Positions 51,524-64,000 of a stretch of DNA of 64,000 bases are shown piece by piece (positions within the stretch are counted from its first letter, which is position 1; each line of letters begins with the position of its first letter). The stretch comes from Camelus ferus. Taxonomy: Eukaryota. The notes beneath the pieces were generated by a model. The model was not told the DNA's origin and did no database searches. It worked only from the letters and a program-made list of their open reading frames with translations. Location: contig NC_045696.1 in assembly GCF_009834535.1 (NCBI RefSeq), positions 27,344,001 to 27,408,000 on the forward strand, given 5' to 3'. The position numbers were made by a program, and so were the translations under genes.

Positions 51524-51526
<3 letters not shown>

Positions 51527-52114
51527 TAAACTGCTATATGATCTTTCTTGACTTGAAATATGATTCTAATTATAGTGAAATTTCATCTATCTGGTCAACT
51601 AAGAAAATTATCCAGGCTAGTTAGCTAGTTTCCCTTTTTTTGAGTTATAAATTATGAAGCAAAATTTAATCTTTTAATCTGAAAATGTCAATTAATATAT
51701 AGTGAACACTTCAAATTACAGGAAAATATAGCTAACTGATTATATCCACATTTTATAGTGTTTCTGTTTTATCTTATGACATCCCATCTGCAAAGACATT
51801 TTACCTGCTCAGATGTGCCTATTCTTAACTTTCATTTTTCTCTAAATTGGTAGCTTTTCACATGCAATAGGTTTTAGATACCAGACTACCTAGTTAATAT
51901 TGTTTAAAAATTAATTGTCACTAGATTTATAATAATAATATGCCTCACCCCTTCCTCCACAACTCCCATAACAGCACATAATAAGCATTTGGATTTGGCC
52001 CAGAGAAATGAGGTTGCAGGATAATTTAATTTAATTAAACTCTACATAATTTGATTCCTTTCAACAAACTTTTACAGACATCTGTGCCTAGTCCAATACT
52101 CCAGGAACCAGAGT

Positions 52115-52545
52115 CCCTGTCCTTTGCTCCAGAAGCAGATCCTGAGACAGGCTTTGAATACCATCACCTTTAGGAGAGTGGGAAGTTGAGACAGAGAAGG
52201 AAAGGAAGCCAATATGGGGTGTATTCATGAACTAACAGAGTCCCACTGGAACCCTCCAGGATATTATGTGGAACACCCTTCTGAGTTATTCCACCAGAGG
52301 GGAAAGGAAGCTAAGGTATAATTATGCATCAAATCCTCCCTGGGGAAAAAAAACAAATGCTTGGCATTGGTTGAAGGCTAGTTCTGGACATGCTAATACC
52401 CAGCAACTTCAGGGCACCTCCATGCACAGCCAAACATGCGGCCAGAGAATGAGTCAGAGGTGTTTGCAGAAGAAAGCCCTGGGCACACATCGAAGCAGTG
52501 AGTATAAAGGAGATATGAGTGGTGAACCGGTAGCATCCATTACAA
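52115..52545. mobile_element. Old ERVL-type LTR (LTR33/LTR16-like)
   Basis: 'ccagaagcagatcctgagac', 'gagtgggaagttgagacagagaaggaaaggaagccaata', 'gagttattccaccagaggggaaaggaagct' and the end 'agcatccattaca'. Confidence 0.7.
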
Positions 52546-53859
52546 CATCCCTAAACTGCACAAAGAGAAAAATCTACACATTCCATCCCTCTATTCCAAA
52601 TTCTGTTTGTGCCAGTTGTCCTGGATCAGCCAAATATTCCCCAAGCATCTTCTGTACACAAAAACCAAATTGGACATTGTGAGAAAGACAAAGGTATCAA
52701 AGACACAGCCCCTGCACACCCAATGCAGCAGTAGGGCGCTTTTGTGACTCTATAATCTGGTGGAAGACTTCTGCATGGACCCTTGAACCTCAGAGAAGCT
52801 AGATTTAGACACTGCAAAAAGACCACGGGCAGGCTACATATTACATATCTCACAATACACATCCCAATACGTCTTCCCCTGAAGAATGAACATTTCCATG
52901 GGTTAAAAAAATATCTGCCTTCCTCCTTCTGTTCTAACTTAATGTCCGTTCAAAATTAAAAGGGAGCCAATGGAAAAGGGTAAAAAAGGAGGCAAGACCA
53001 AGTGGTTGTTTATACTTTTAAAAAATGTAAATATTTTCCGATGATTGAAAATCAATATTTAGAAATTTAGTCCAATATGCTTTGTTCATGCACAATAGTG
53101 CATTTGTTAACAGTGACATATTTATCTGGCCTTTCCTAGTCCTAGGAAAAAATTATGTCAATTTTCCCTCAGACTGCCTTCCTAGTCTGTCACACAAATT
53201 ATTTCATGAAACATGAATCCAAATGTTCTGTTCTTTTTCAATTTCCTTTCACCACAAATTCCAGAGTTCTGCACTTCATGGCTTTTCAGTAACAATTCAG
53301 TCTTTTTATTCTAATGGCAAAAATGCAATACTGCTGTCTTTAATCAAGCTACTTTTGACATATCTTCAATAGTGAAGATTCAGCCTTTTGTGTCAAAGGG
53401 AAACTTTTAAAAATAATTTTAATGATTTTTTGCTGATGCGTTGTCAGCTCTTGGGATTCTCTTTACTGCATGTTCCCATCAGTTTCTGCAATGACTTTGC
53501 TCCTTATTTTTTAATGCTAGACAATCACTATAATACAGAAATGTCCTATTTTAACGATTTCTCATTGAACAAACAAATATATATGTATAGTATACATAAA
53601 ATAGCAAGAAATTTAAGATAATTTACTACTCTATTTCTTTGCTAACAAGTCTAAAATCTAAGAGGAAAATAAAGAATAGGAAAAAAAAAAAGAACACTGG
53701 ACACATATCCTTATTAAGTAGCTCAAAGCACGCAGGCTAGCTCCAGCTATTTGTTAACAAACTGTAAAGATTATTTATGTATAATTCAGTGGAAAAAAGA
53801 CTGTCACTTCTTTAAGCTGTCATCTAGGTAATACAAACCTGCAAAAGGACATGGTCTAT

Positions 53860-54400
53860 AAGGACCTCTAAGATCTGGCCCCGCCTGTAATTCCAGCCTC
53901 AGCTCACACCATTTCCCATCCTCTCCCCACCCTCTGCGGTCTTTGAATATGAAGTAGCTCCCTTACCTTCAGATTTTTCAATTACTAGCATTCCCTTTCA
54001 GAGTATTCCTTATTTTCCTCACAAGTTTTGTCACAGTTTGTGCGTGTGTGTACATATTCACAGTACGCATGGCCGAGTCCAGAAAGCATTCCTGCTTCTT
54101 ACCCTATCAGAGACGCAGCATCTATCACAGTTAATGACTGTCCACTTAATATTAGTCAATTAAATGAATAAATGAATAATAGTTAATTTTTTATCCAACA
54201 CTTTGGGATAAACTAAGTTCTGCACATTTATTATTCATTGACCTTAATGAGAGATATGACTTACTGAATTCCTTAAGGCTGTACTCTACTAGCTTTCCAA
54301 GAGCACATACCAGAAACTATTCATTTTTGTTTCCTTATTTCTAGAATGGTGTTTGGCATATCGTAGGCGCATTAAAAAAAGTTTGTTGAATTAAGTAAAT
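53860..54400 (+). mobile_element. L2 fragments
   Basis: 'aggacctctaagatctggccccgcctg' and the L2 tail 'ttctagaatggtgtttggcatatcgtaggcgcattaa...tttgttgaat'. Confidence 0.55.
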
Positions 54401-54769
54401 CAGTGGACATGATGTGATAGTTTCTAAATTTTCACATTAGTCAATAGCAAGGAGTATAATGGTCTGAGACAAGAGATATATATATTGTCAATGCTCTTCA
54501 TCTTCCATTGTCTAAAAGCAATTATATTTGATTTTGAGATTTCTTTTACCCTGGTTGATTAAATAAAGTCAACATAAAAATCTAGTTAGGAAGGATTGTT
54601 TGTGATTATTTGCATTATTCAAAATAGATTATAAAATTTTTTCCGGTGTTTAAACTAAATATATTTGTCATGATAAATGGCAAATGTTGGCTTGAGATAC
54701 CATTTGGAACTGTAGTTTATAATGATGGGAGTCAGGATGTAATAGAAACCAGAATTAATAGAAGTTATG

Positions 54770-55010
54770 CAAAAACAAGCTTGGAATCAAATAAACTTAG
54801 ATTCGAGTCCTGATTTAGCTACCTAAAAGCCATGTGACTTTGGGTAAATTATTTAGACTCCCTAAAAGAAGAGCCTGTTTCATCACCCATTTAATAGGGA
54901 CAATAGTGCCAATCATACTTTTTGTAACTATTGGGATAACCCAAATTAAGCAAATACAATGCTTACATGCACATAGGAAACTCTTAAAGGGCAGCTATAA
55001 TAATACTAAT
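54770..55010 (+). mobile_element. MIR
   Basis: 'ttcgagtcctgatttagctacc...catgtgactttgggtaaattatttagactc...tgtttcatcacccatttaatagggacaatag'. Confidence 0.8.
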
Positions 55011-57176
55011 TATTAGTATTAATTATTGTTTTATTAGGCAACATGTTTAAATTCCCTAATCTTCTATCTTTTCCCCTTTATCTCTGTTCATGCATCTATT
55101 GTCTAATAGTTATTCCATCTCAGAAATGAGTTTCTGTTCCTTCACAAAGCTATTCCTTTCACCTAAATTCTGCATCTCACTTTTTGACACTCTCAACAAT
55201 TCTTTCTCTGAGTAACTCTTATTTTCCTATAAAATGCAAGATAATCTCCTTTAAGGCTATCATTCTAACAAGACAAGAACTTCTTCAAATATATACAGAG
55301 TGTGTTAGTTACAAATAATCATCTCCAAATACAGTTAAACATTTTATAGTTTAAAAATAGCAGACTCAGATAGTTTCCACTCACACCTACAAAGGCATTT
55401 TTAAAACTTAAAAACTGCTAGCCTAATAGTAAGAGTATACAAAGAAAGCCAAACTAGTATGATGTCAGCAGAAAATATGCCCTGTAGCAAAATGGTCTCT
55501 GGCCAGACGATTTCACTCATCAAACAAGCCCTGGTTTGGAATAGCTAGACTCAGAAAGGAAAGAAAGAGTCTTGAAGCAACACATAAAAACAGAGTGGCT
55601 GATGACATGTTAACCAAAATCTTCCTCAGGAGACAAGTTAGAAATGTCCCAGTCCCGACAGAAGTCTATTCTAAGACAGCCACATATGTCTTTCTTCAAA
55701 GAGACAGCATCCATAAAGGCTTGGGCCATGAATTCTCTCGAAAGCAAGGAGAGAAGCAAAATGCATTTTCTGTTGCTGAGTTTTCTTCTGTCCCTTATAT
55801 CGCATCATCATGAAGAAAGAGACTGGGTACATGCACCCCAAGAAGGTTTTATTCTTCACATAAGATGTTTAACAGAGGCCCTACCTGACAAAATGCATTA
55901 TCTACATACATGTCAGTCCTGTTTCAAATTCAAGAGACTGTAGCTTCATGTAAATCCGATTTGGATATCAACTGTAAAAGTGATATTCTCTCTGGGACAA
56001 TCATCTCATACAAAAATGTGCTGATACTGTTCAGTCTCAGTGCTTTAATTAAATCTGTCATATCCCAAGGATTTTTTTATTAAATAAAAGGAATGATGAT
56101 TCCTGCTAAGATTTTGAAAGATGTGAAATATCCACAAAGATCACTTTGCTGTCATTCCTATTGGAAGAAAACATTCTATATTCAAAAATTAATGCCCACT
56201 ATCTAGGATTTCCAAAAATCTCTGAATCAGCATACCCGTATTCCTGTTTGTAGTATGGTTACAGAGCTGTAACATTTTCTACTTTCCCTAATCAGTCCTA
56301 AGTCAGCTGTAATTCATTAAGGAAGTTGCTGAAGCCAAATTAAAATTTCCAGAAACTGCATCATCTGACATAAAGGAACTCTGCTTCAGTAACAGATTCA
56401 GAAATGACTAGCTAGTTTTTAGGCATTACTCCTTTAATCTCATGTAATCCTGCAATAAATGTACAACACACACTATATTCTTTACCATAATCAGCATATA
56501 CTAGCACATTATTGCTTCAATGAACTTTTTGTTTATTGAACCATTACAGAAACATCTTTCTCAAAAACGGTTTTAACTCTGTAATTTGCCTCATTTTGAA
56601 GCCATAATATGCCATGCTTTCTGGACAGAAATGAACAGTTTCTGAGACAGGGTGATTCTTTTTATGACATTTTAACATCTGTGGAAAAATTTAAGGTTGC
56701 TAGAGGTCCAGGGAGGCAGAAGCTTGTGCTAGTAAAAGGTGAGAGGTGATTGTGTGAGGAGTACTTCCTTCACCAACAACCCTGTTGGAATCAAGAGCTG
56801 AAGCTGACCATGGAGGCCATTTAGAATCTGTACTTTTTGGACACCAAAATGTTCCACTGAATTACTTCAAGTGCTACTACACAGGGAGAGTAAAGGAATA
56901 AAGGTCGATGGAGTGGGTGTTAGGTCTCCAAATCCCACTTCAATCCAGGCAGTTTGGTTGTAGCCCTCAACTTCAATATATTCAACTCTCACACAGCCTA
57001 CACATCTAGACATTATATATTGAACCCTCAAAGTGTTTTCTGTACTGTGAGCACCTTCAGCTCAAGTAGTGATGTGACTTGGCAGTTGCTATTTCAAATT
57101 TGGTAGTTGCCATCTTTTTCTGGGCAAGATTGTATCTCTATTTTAATGTGTGATTGTGCATATACATATGTATATA

Positions 57177-57310
57177 TATTTTGGGAGGTAATTAGGTTTA
57201 TTTGTTTATATATATATTATATATATATATTAATGGAAGTACTGGGGAATGAACCCAGGACCTCATGCATGCTAAGTGTGCTCGCTAACACTGAGCTCTA
57301 CCCTCCCCCT
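57177..57310 (-). mobile_element. tRNA-Ala-derived camelid SINE (Vic-1-like), second copy
   Basis: The reverse complement reads GGGGAGGGTAGAGCTCAGTGTTAGCGAGCACACTTAGCATGCATGAGGTCCTGGGTTCATTCCCCAGTAC plus 'aaacctaattacctccc'. TSD cata(t/c)gtatata at 57165-57176 and 57311-57322. Confidence 0.9.
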
Positions 57311-57900
57311 CATACGTATATAATTTTAAGTTTTACTCTTATTTTATAAAAATAGACAGAAAATTAAAAAAAAAATGAAATGACACTAGAAGTAAGCAAA
57401 GGCCTCAAATATAATTATAAATCTAAATTAGGAATGTAGGAAGAGTTCATTTTAATTTCAACTGAATACCTTGATCGGTATGTTTCAGTTGGATAGTAAA
57501 AGAATAAAATAAAAGAACGTGTATGAAATGATGGGAAAATATTGTCAAATATTGTGTTTAAACAGTAAGATATAATTAGAAATTACATGTTTTAGCTTTC
57601 TTGGACTGGAACTTCTTGTCTTACCACATGCAAATCTGTTATTCAGTTTTTCCTTTGAGAATACAGGTGTTGTCTATTGTGCTATACTATGATATTTTAA
57701 ATCTATTTATGTTTTATCTCTAAGACTTAAAAAAAAGCTTCAAATAACAAATCTATTGCAATGAATAATTTCCTGAAGAAATTATTAAGAAATTTGATGC
57801 TCTGAAAGTTAGATGCTAATCTAAGTTCACATAACAGGTAAGTGTCAGTAGTCTTTCTAATACTTCAGAATCTATATTTGTAGAGTCCTATCTTTCTAGG

Positions 57901-58350
57901 GTACATCAGTCACGATTCTTCAGAACAACAGAACCAATGGGGTGTGTGTGTGTGTGTGCGTGCGTGTGTGTGTGTGTGTGTATGGAGAGAGAGAGTGATT
58001 TTAAGGAATTGGCTCATGAAATTATGGGGCTGGCAACTCTGAAATCTTCAGGGCAGGCCAGAAGGTTGGAGACCCATGGAAGAGTTGACGTTGCAGCTTA
58101 AGACCAAAGGTAGTCTGGAGGCAAAATTCCCATTCCTTAGGGGACCTAAGTCTTTTTCTCTTAAGGCCATTAACTGATTGAATGAGACCCACCCCCATTA
58201 CAGAGGGTAATCTGACTTACCCAAAGTCTCCCGATTTAAAACTTACTCTTACCTAAAAAAAAATACCTTCACAGCAATGTCTAGATGGATGTCTGACAAA
58301 ATAATTGAGTACCATGACCTAGTCAAGTTGACACATAAAATTAATCATCA
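57901..58350 (-). mobile_element. MLT2 (ERVL) solo LTR with internal (TG)n(GA)n
   Basis: 'cagaaccaatggg(tg)n...ttttaaggaattggctcatg...aactgattgaatgagacccaccc...gagggtaatctg...ctagtcaagttgacacataaaattaatcatca' is the characteristic MLT2 sequence. Confidence 0.9.
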
Positions 58351-59988
58351 AATGGTGCTGAAAGAATTGATTTAGGGAAAAAAATAAAAACTAGATGATA
58401 TTAACATTTTGATGTACAACCATCTAAAGGTTTAAAGTAAATCCAAACTCTGTAGCTACGTGTTTTTGCTTTGTAGTCATAGAAGGTTAAGTATGGAAAG
58501 TGAAGGCTGGTTAACTTATCCAATAGCCAAAAATTCTGACTGCAATATTAATTTTACTTATTTTTCTCAGCATAAAATTCATTTTCTGAAAGTTGATTTT
58601 CACTGAGGTTGCATTTTTCAGTTCCATGTTATGCATATTTAGTCTTCCAGAATGTAGTTTTATCTGGTCTAAAAGGCCAATTTTTTTTAAGAAGCTCCAG
58701 AGAATTTCCAATAGGGCAAAAGGTGGTCAGTGGAACAGATTGCACTGCTAGAATATATTAATTTATTACTGCAGTCTTCATTTGAAAATGTGTGTTTAAT
58801 GACCTAGGAAAATGTTGCATGTGTCCAAGGATAAGAACAATAATTTCAGGCAGACAAGTTTCATGCAACCATACTAACCCTAAAACAAATGGTTTTACCA
58901 TGTACATGGAAAAAAAGAGATAGGTGCAGGAATTTAATTAAAAAGAAATTAAAGTTTTATTTTGAGTCCAAAAAATAACACTACCTCATGATTTTGATCA
59001 CTTGGGTATATAAGAATCATGGAATCTCAGAATATTTCTAAACTATGCTCATCATTTTTCAGATGAGCAAACTGTTGCCCTTGACAAAGGTCAAACAGCT
59101 TGTTAGGCATGAACTGTGTCAGAAAACTGGGGCCTTGTGTTCTTTCTACTGTAATAGACGGCTTCCTGGTGGAGGAAGTTCTTGATCCAAGATTACATTA
59201 AATCAAGTTTGTAAAAATATTACCTAGTAAAAATCATGCAATCTGGCAGTTAACCAACTAGCTAACCGTAGAAAAGGAACTTCCATATATTCTCACAATA
59301 AACTTTTTATGATGGAAACAGTGTGGAATATTCCTCAGGGAACCACTTAGTAGATCGTGGAACAGCATTAGGGAATGTTCGACGGTGTAAGAGCATAGTG
59401 GTTTGCAACCAGGTGAAGTGTAAAAAAAAAAATATCACTCACTGGGAAAGACACTAACATTCTAGTGTTTTCAATAGCGTAGTGAAAACATAATTATTTA
59501 GCTTTCATTTTTAATATGCTAAATAACATTTTTGTAATTATATAATTCCCTTAAAAAAAAAAAAAACCCTAGAACAGTATCTGAAATAGAGAGGGTCTTT
59601 AATAAATACTCGGTAGTGTTGAAAAGGTTTTGAAGAATTATAGAGTTATGATAACGCTGTCATTTTCTAGAAGCAAATGTATTTCTTAATGTATCTGGAA
59701 AACTAACTGGATTAAAGATATACTCATTAAATTTCATTGATGTTTCCTCCTTACTAGTAGCACCATTCACAACCTGAGTGGATAGATCAGGATTAACTCT
59801 GTAAGCTTGGTTTTATACCTCTTTGCTTCCAGTCCATTTTTCTGCCCTAAAAAATATCCTTGTAGTAGGTAATCAGAGCTAGTGTTTGCTCGTCCCTCCT
59901 CCCCTCAGCATGAGGAGAGCTCTGTGATAACACGAGTACGGCTATGTCATCAAGAGCTAATGATTTTCATCCCTGCCATTTTCCTCAG

Positions 59989-60154
59989 GTGGCTTTAGAT
60001 TTGTGCCCTGTTTTCACTCTTTAAAAAAGACCATAAAGCTCCCTCTTGAGACAAGAAGAGGGTTGTAGATAAGAGTTCTGACTCCCCTTGAGAGGGAGAG
60101 ATTCTAATTAGAAGCTGGTTGTGTGACTTGTTTCTGTGTGTAAATCAGGGCCAG
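59989..60154 (+). other. Candidate non-coding exon (166 nt)
   Basis: Branch-like ctaat, pyrimidine tract and 'ttcctcag|G', with donor 'CAG|gtaagt'. Stops in all three frames. Confidence 0.35.
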
Positions 60155-61326
60155 GTAAGTTACTTGAGTGAATATATTTCATGATGGAAATACAGAAATA
60201 TTTGTTATCCTTACTGGAATGTTTGAGGACTGTCTTTTTCTTTGAGGTTAAAAACATTTTTAAAAAAGGATTTGGACAGGATGAATCAACCCAAAGTTAT
60301 GGGTAGATTCTACAGCATTTTCTACCCAATTTACCTAGGCCTGGTCTTGCTGTATAAAATAAACAGTGATACAGATCTAAGTGCGGACTTGTTTAATCAT
60401 CAGCCAATCTTCAGTAAAAGTTTGAAAAACAAATCCATCTATGATGGCTATAGACAAAGACTCAGTCATGCATCCGGTCCTATTTTTTTTCTATGTATCT
60501 CATTTGTCTCTTGGTCCTTGTTAAATGACTAAAAGGCCTGTCCTTACACTTCACAGTGTCACATTACAACAGAACAATGGCCTGCTACCATTACCAGAAG
60601 ACGTCCCTCCTAGTATGTTCATGTCTATGATGCTGTTCACTGTATTATGTCATGACTTGAACACAGACATACTGTGTACTCCTTTGCTGAAAACAGTCTT
60701 GGAGATCATAATCCATAATTTCACATTTGAAAAAAGGAGGCTTAGACAGAATGACTCATTTGGTCATTCTTTTAATTAATAGGGCAGCAGAAACAGAACT
60801 CAGTTCTCATGAACTTCTGGCAGAAAACTTCCAGAATATAAATCTAGAATGAGATTTAGAAGGTGACTGGGATATTTACAATGGACACCCCACCTATACA
60901 CACAACTCCTGCTTTGGCAACCCTGGTTGTAATGCTAAAGCCACATTCATTGATAAAAGCACTTCCCACATACATGGGCAAATCTGATTACAAACAATAA
61001 TAATTACTTCTGTAGCTTTGATAACACAAATACCAAAGCTGACTAATCTTAAAAATGGTACTAAAGGTTCTTCCATAAATACCTAGATAAGTAGATAAAA
61101 ACATTCTGCAAATAATAATTAGTGGATTTTTAATATTTCTTTTGAATGTAAACTGTGTATAAAAGAGACAGTTAAATGAATTTATCTCTATTCTGATATT
61201 TCTCAGGTTTTCATACTGTATTTGTTAAACAGCTAATAAACTATACAGCACAAATTTTCAATTGTGCACAATGTACAGAGGACATATTAGATTATCCTAC
61301 CTATCAGAAAGCTACTAGTGGGCAGT

Positions 61327-61803
61327 ATTTTATTTTATTTTAATTTTTAAAAATACCTTTATTGAGGTCTAACTGATATACCAAAAACTGGACATATTTA
61401 ATGTATACCACTTGATGAGTTTGGACATAGGCAAACACTTACAAAACCATCATCACAATCAAAGCAGTAAACATATCCATCACCTTTAAAAATTTCTTCC
61501 TTTCCTTCTGTTGTTGTTTTCTTGCGGTAAGAACACTTAACATGAGATCTAGCATCTTAACAAGTTTTTAAGTGTGTAATGCTAAATTGTTAACTATAGG
61601 CAGTATGTTGTACAATAGATCTCTAGAACTTACTCATCTTGCATAACTGAAACTTTATACGGGTGGAATAACTTTCCATTTTCTTCTCCTTCCAGCCCCT
61701 GGCAACTACCATTCTGCTATTTTAGGTATTTCATGTAAGTAGAAATATGCAATATTTGTCCTTTTATGACTGGCTTATTTCACTTAGCATAATGTCCTCC
61801 AGG
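61327..61803 (-). mobile_element. L1 3' end (L1MA/L1MB-type)
   Basis: T-rich tail, 'atatttaatgtataccacttgatgagtttggaca', 'agatctctagaacttactcatcttgcataactgaaacttta' and 'actggcttatttcacttagcataatgtcctccagg'. Confidence 0.9.
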
Positions 61804-61864
61804 AACTCACCAAACTACTCACTAAATGTGCATGGTATGTGTCAGGAAGTAAGAGAGGCAGGTG

Positions 61865-61985
61865 ATGATAAATGAAACTACTTTGGTAAAATATTGATCA
61901 TTGTTAAGGGTTAGTTGTGGATACATGGGAGTTAACTGTACTATTTTTTCTACCTTTGAGGTTGTTCTAAATTAAAAAAAAAAAA
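61865..61985 (+). mobile_element. Old L1 (L1MC/ME) 3' end
   Basis: 'ggtaaaatattgatcattgtt...ggatacatgggagttaactgtactattttttctacc' followed by an A-tail. Confidence 0.6.
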
Positions 61986-62367
61986 TCACTCACTGACCCT
62001 CATCCATCCTTCTATTCAGCTGAAATAGATTCACTTTTTCCCCCATTTGGATAGCTCATAGATAATTCAATGTTAGGTACTTCTTAAATATCTGGTCTCA
62101 CCCACTAACCTTTCTCCACAGTCTTTTTCCAATCTGCACTCAAAATATTTTCCTCGATTCATCCTTTGTTCTTTTGTATAAACACAGATATTTATACAGG
62201 TGCACATATTCTTCACCTTAAAAGCAAATCTCGGCTAAAACTCCTGAGACCTCAGTTTACCTCACTCCTTCTTCACCTTTATTCAGAGGAGGGCTAACCT
62301 TATTAACCATCAGACATCTGCCTCTGCTGAACAGTGATGCTTGAGGATAACTAATTCACTTATGGTT

Positions 62368-63240
62368 TCACTCATTCACTTGCTAACTAATGTTTGTTAA
62401 GTCCAAACTTAATGCTAATAGTGTGATAAGAGCCTGGTACACAAAGAAAATTGGACACGATCTGTATCTTTACCACACAAAACTGGGTAGCAAATCAGTA
62501 ACAGGTGTGTGTGTTAGTGTCTGTAATACCCCTGGATGAGGGAAGAGGGATACCAAAGCTATTCAGATGAACGGGAAGGTTAGGTAGCGAAAACATCGTA
62601 GAGAAAGTAGTTCCTGAGGACAGTAGTGAAAAATGAATACAAAGGCAGGAGGAGGCACTCTAGGTATAGAGCAGAACACAAGAAGGAGCATAAGTACTCA
62701 GAGAATCATAAACAGTTAACTTCTAACACAGCATGAAGTAGGACGGACAGATGACTAGGGATGAGGCCATAGATCTAAGAGGCGAGATAACACAGAGCTT
62801 CATATCACATGCTAAGGATCTTGGACTTTATCCTGCAGGTAATCAGAAACCAAGCATTTGAACAAGTAAATGATGTGATCAGATTTCCATCCTAGATAGA
62901 TCACGATGGCCACTCCATGCAGGGTTGATTTCAAAGGGTTATCAGTGCAAGTGCTGTTACAATAGACCACACGAGAGATCATAAGGGCTTAAAGTGGGGC
63001 AGTGAAAAATAAAGATGAAGAAAAGGGTGAATGGGTTTTAAAAGTTTGTTCATAAATGAAGCAGTGTTTAATAATTAATTGCATGTGAAAAATAGGATAG
63101 GAGTGCAGCGAGGGAAGAGAAAGACTCCTCCCAGATTTTTATGATAGTTGAGCAGGTAAGTGGTTGTGCTGATAACTGATAAAAATAATACTGGAGAAAA
63201 AAATATATTGAATTATACAGATGATTTCAGTTTAGGGTAT
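62368..63240 (-). mobile_element. L2 long fragment
   Basis: 'catgctaaggatcttggactttatcctgcaggtaat...atgtgatcagattt', 'gctgttacaatagaccacacgagagat' and 'aagactcctcccagattttt'. It probably continues to the window end. Confidence 0.8.
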
Positions 63241-64000
63241 TTTCTTAGGACTGTTTTGTTGGAGGAATGGAGTAAAAACACTTAGTGCTGGGCCTGGCAC
63301 ACAGTAAATGTTTCAGACACCTAGGCCTAGGTACTCATGGTAAGTAAAGAGGGAGGTGGCTGCAAAAATTATGAAGTCACTTGGGAAAGTCTGAAGAAAG
63401 ATACATATTGGGAACTCCATATAGTGTTTGATACTATGATCCTAAATAAGTTGAACAGGAAGAATGTGTAGAATAAAAACACATAAAACAAAATACAATA
63501 TCAACAAATAACAAGCTACAGTTCAACCAGTTCTGGGTAAGCGAAGAGAAGCAACAGCAAGCTTATATGAAAGGATGTAATTTCACAGACTCCTAAGGAA
63601 ATAATAGTAGGGAAATGAAAGAGTAGAGAGGTCCAATAAGATGAAACACCACGGCCGCTCACTTACTACAAACAGAAGGACATTAGTGAGCTAATTAAGA
63701 GTTACAATGGAGTGATGATGATCGAAACCAGATTAAAGCTGAGAACGGGAGGCTAATAACCAGAAATAATGAGAGTGCACCAAACTGTCAAAAAGTCCTG
63801 GGAGACTTTTTGGAGGAGAGAGAGGGTGAGGGCAGGGCAGGGAAGGACAGAAAGAATGGATTACAGGATGGACGGATGTATTTTATTATTGTGGAGGTAG
63901 TGATTTGGATGGGGATGGCTTGGGCATACATTTACAATAGGAATTTAACAGGAAATGAGAGTGCAAAGGGTCAGAGGAAGGAATAACTTGGCGGAGGAGG

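Overview
This is AT-rich, CpG-depleted mammalian non-coding DNA, most likely from a camelid (alpaca, llama or camel). Two tRNA-Ala-derived SINEs of the Vic-1 type and three close copies of one young L1 3' end point to that group. I cannot support any protein-coding gene. The only ORFs with recognisable protein similarity are LINE-1 ORF2 C-terminal remnants (17520-17753 and 38495-38740). The window is a mosaic of ancient repeats (MIR, L2, MER2, MER5, MER91, ERVL and ERV1 LTRs), younger L1 and SINE insertions with visible target-site duplications (TSDs), microsatellites and repeat-poor unique stretches. An apparent A>T and C>G skew on the + strand, plus several small minus-strand exon-like units, suggests a large intron or 5' region of an unidentified minus-strand gene. 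The best leads are an unexplained CpG-rich island between opposed L1 fragments (~48.35-49.4 kb), a candidate minus-strand TATA promoter/first exon with p53-family half-sites (~40.6-40.9 kb), a co-oriented NF-kB site cluster (42.3-42.95 kb) and candidate micro-exons. I find no evidence for a new multi-gene system. Repeat family names come from recalled consensus sequences, and boundaries are approximate unless TSDs are given.
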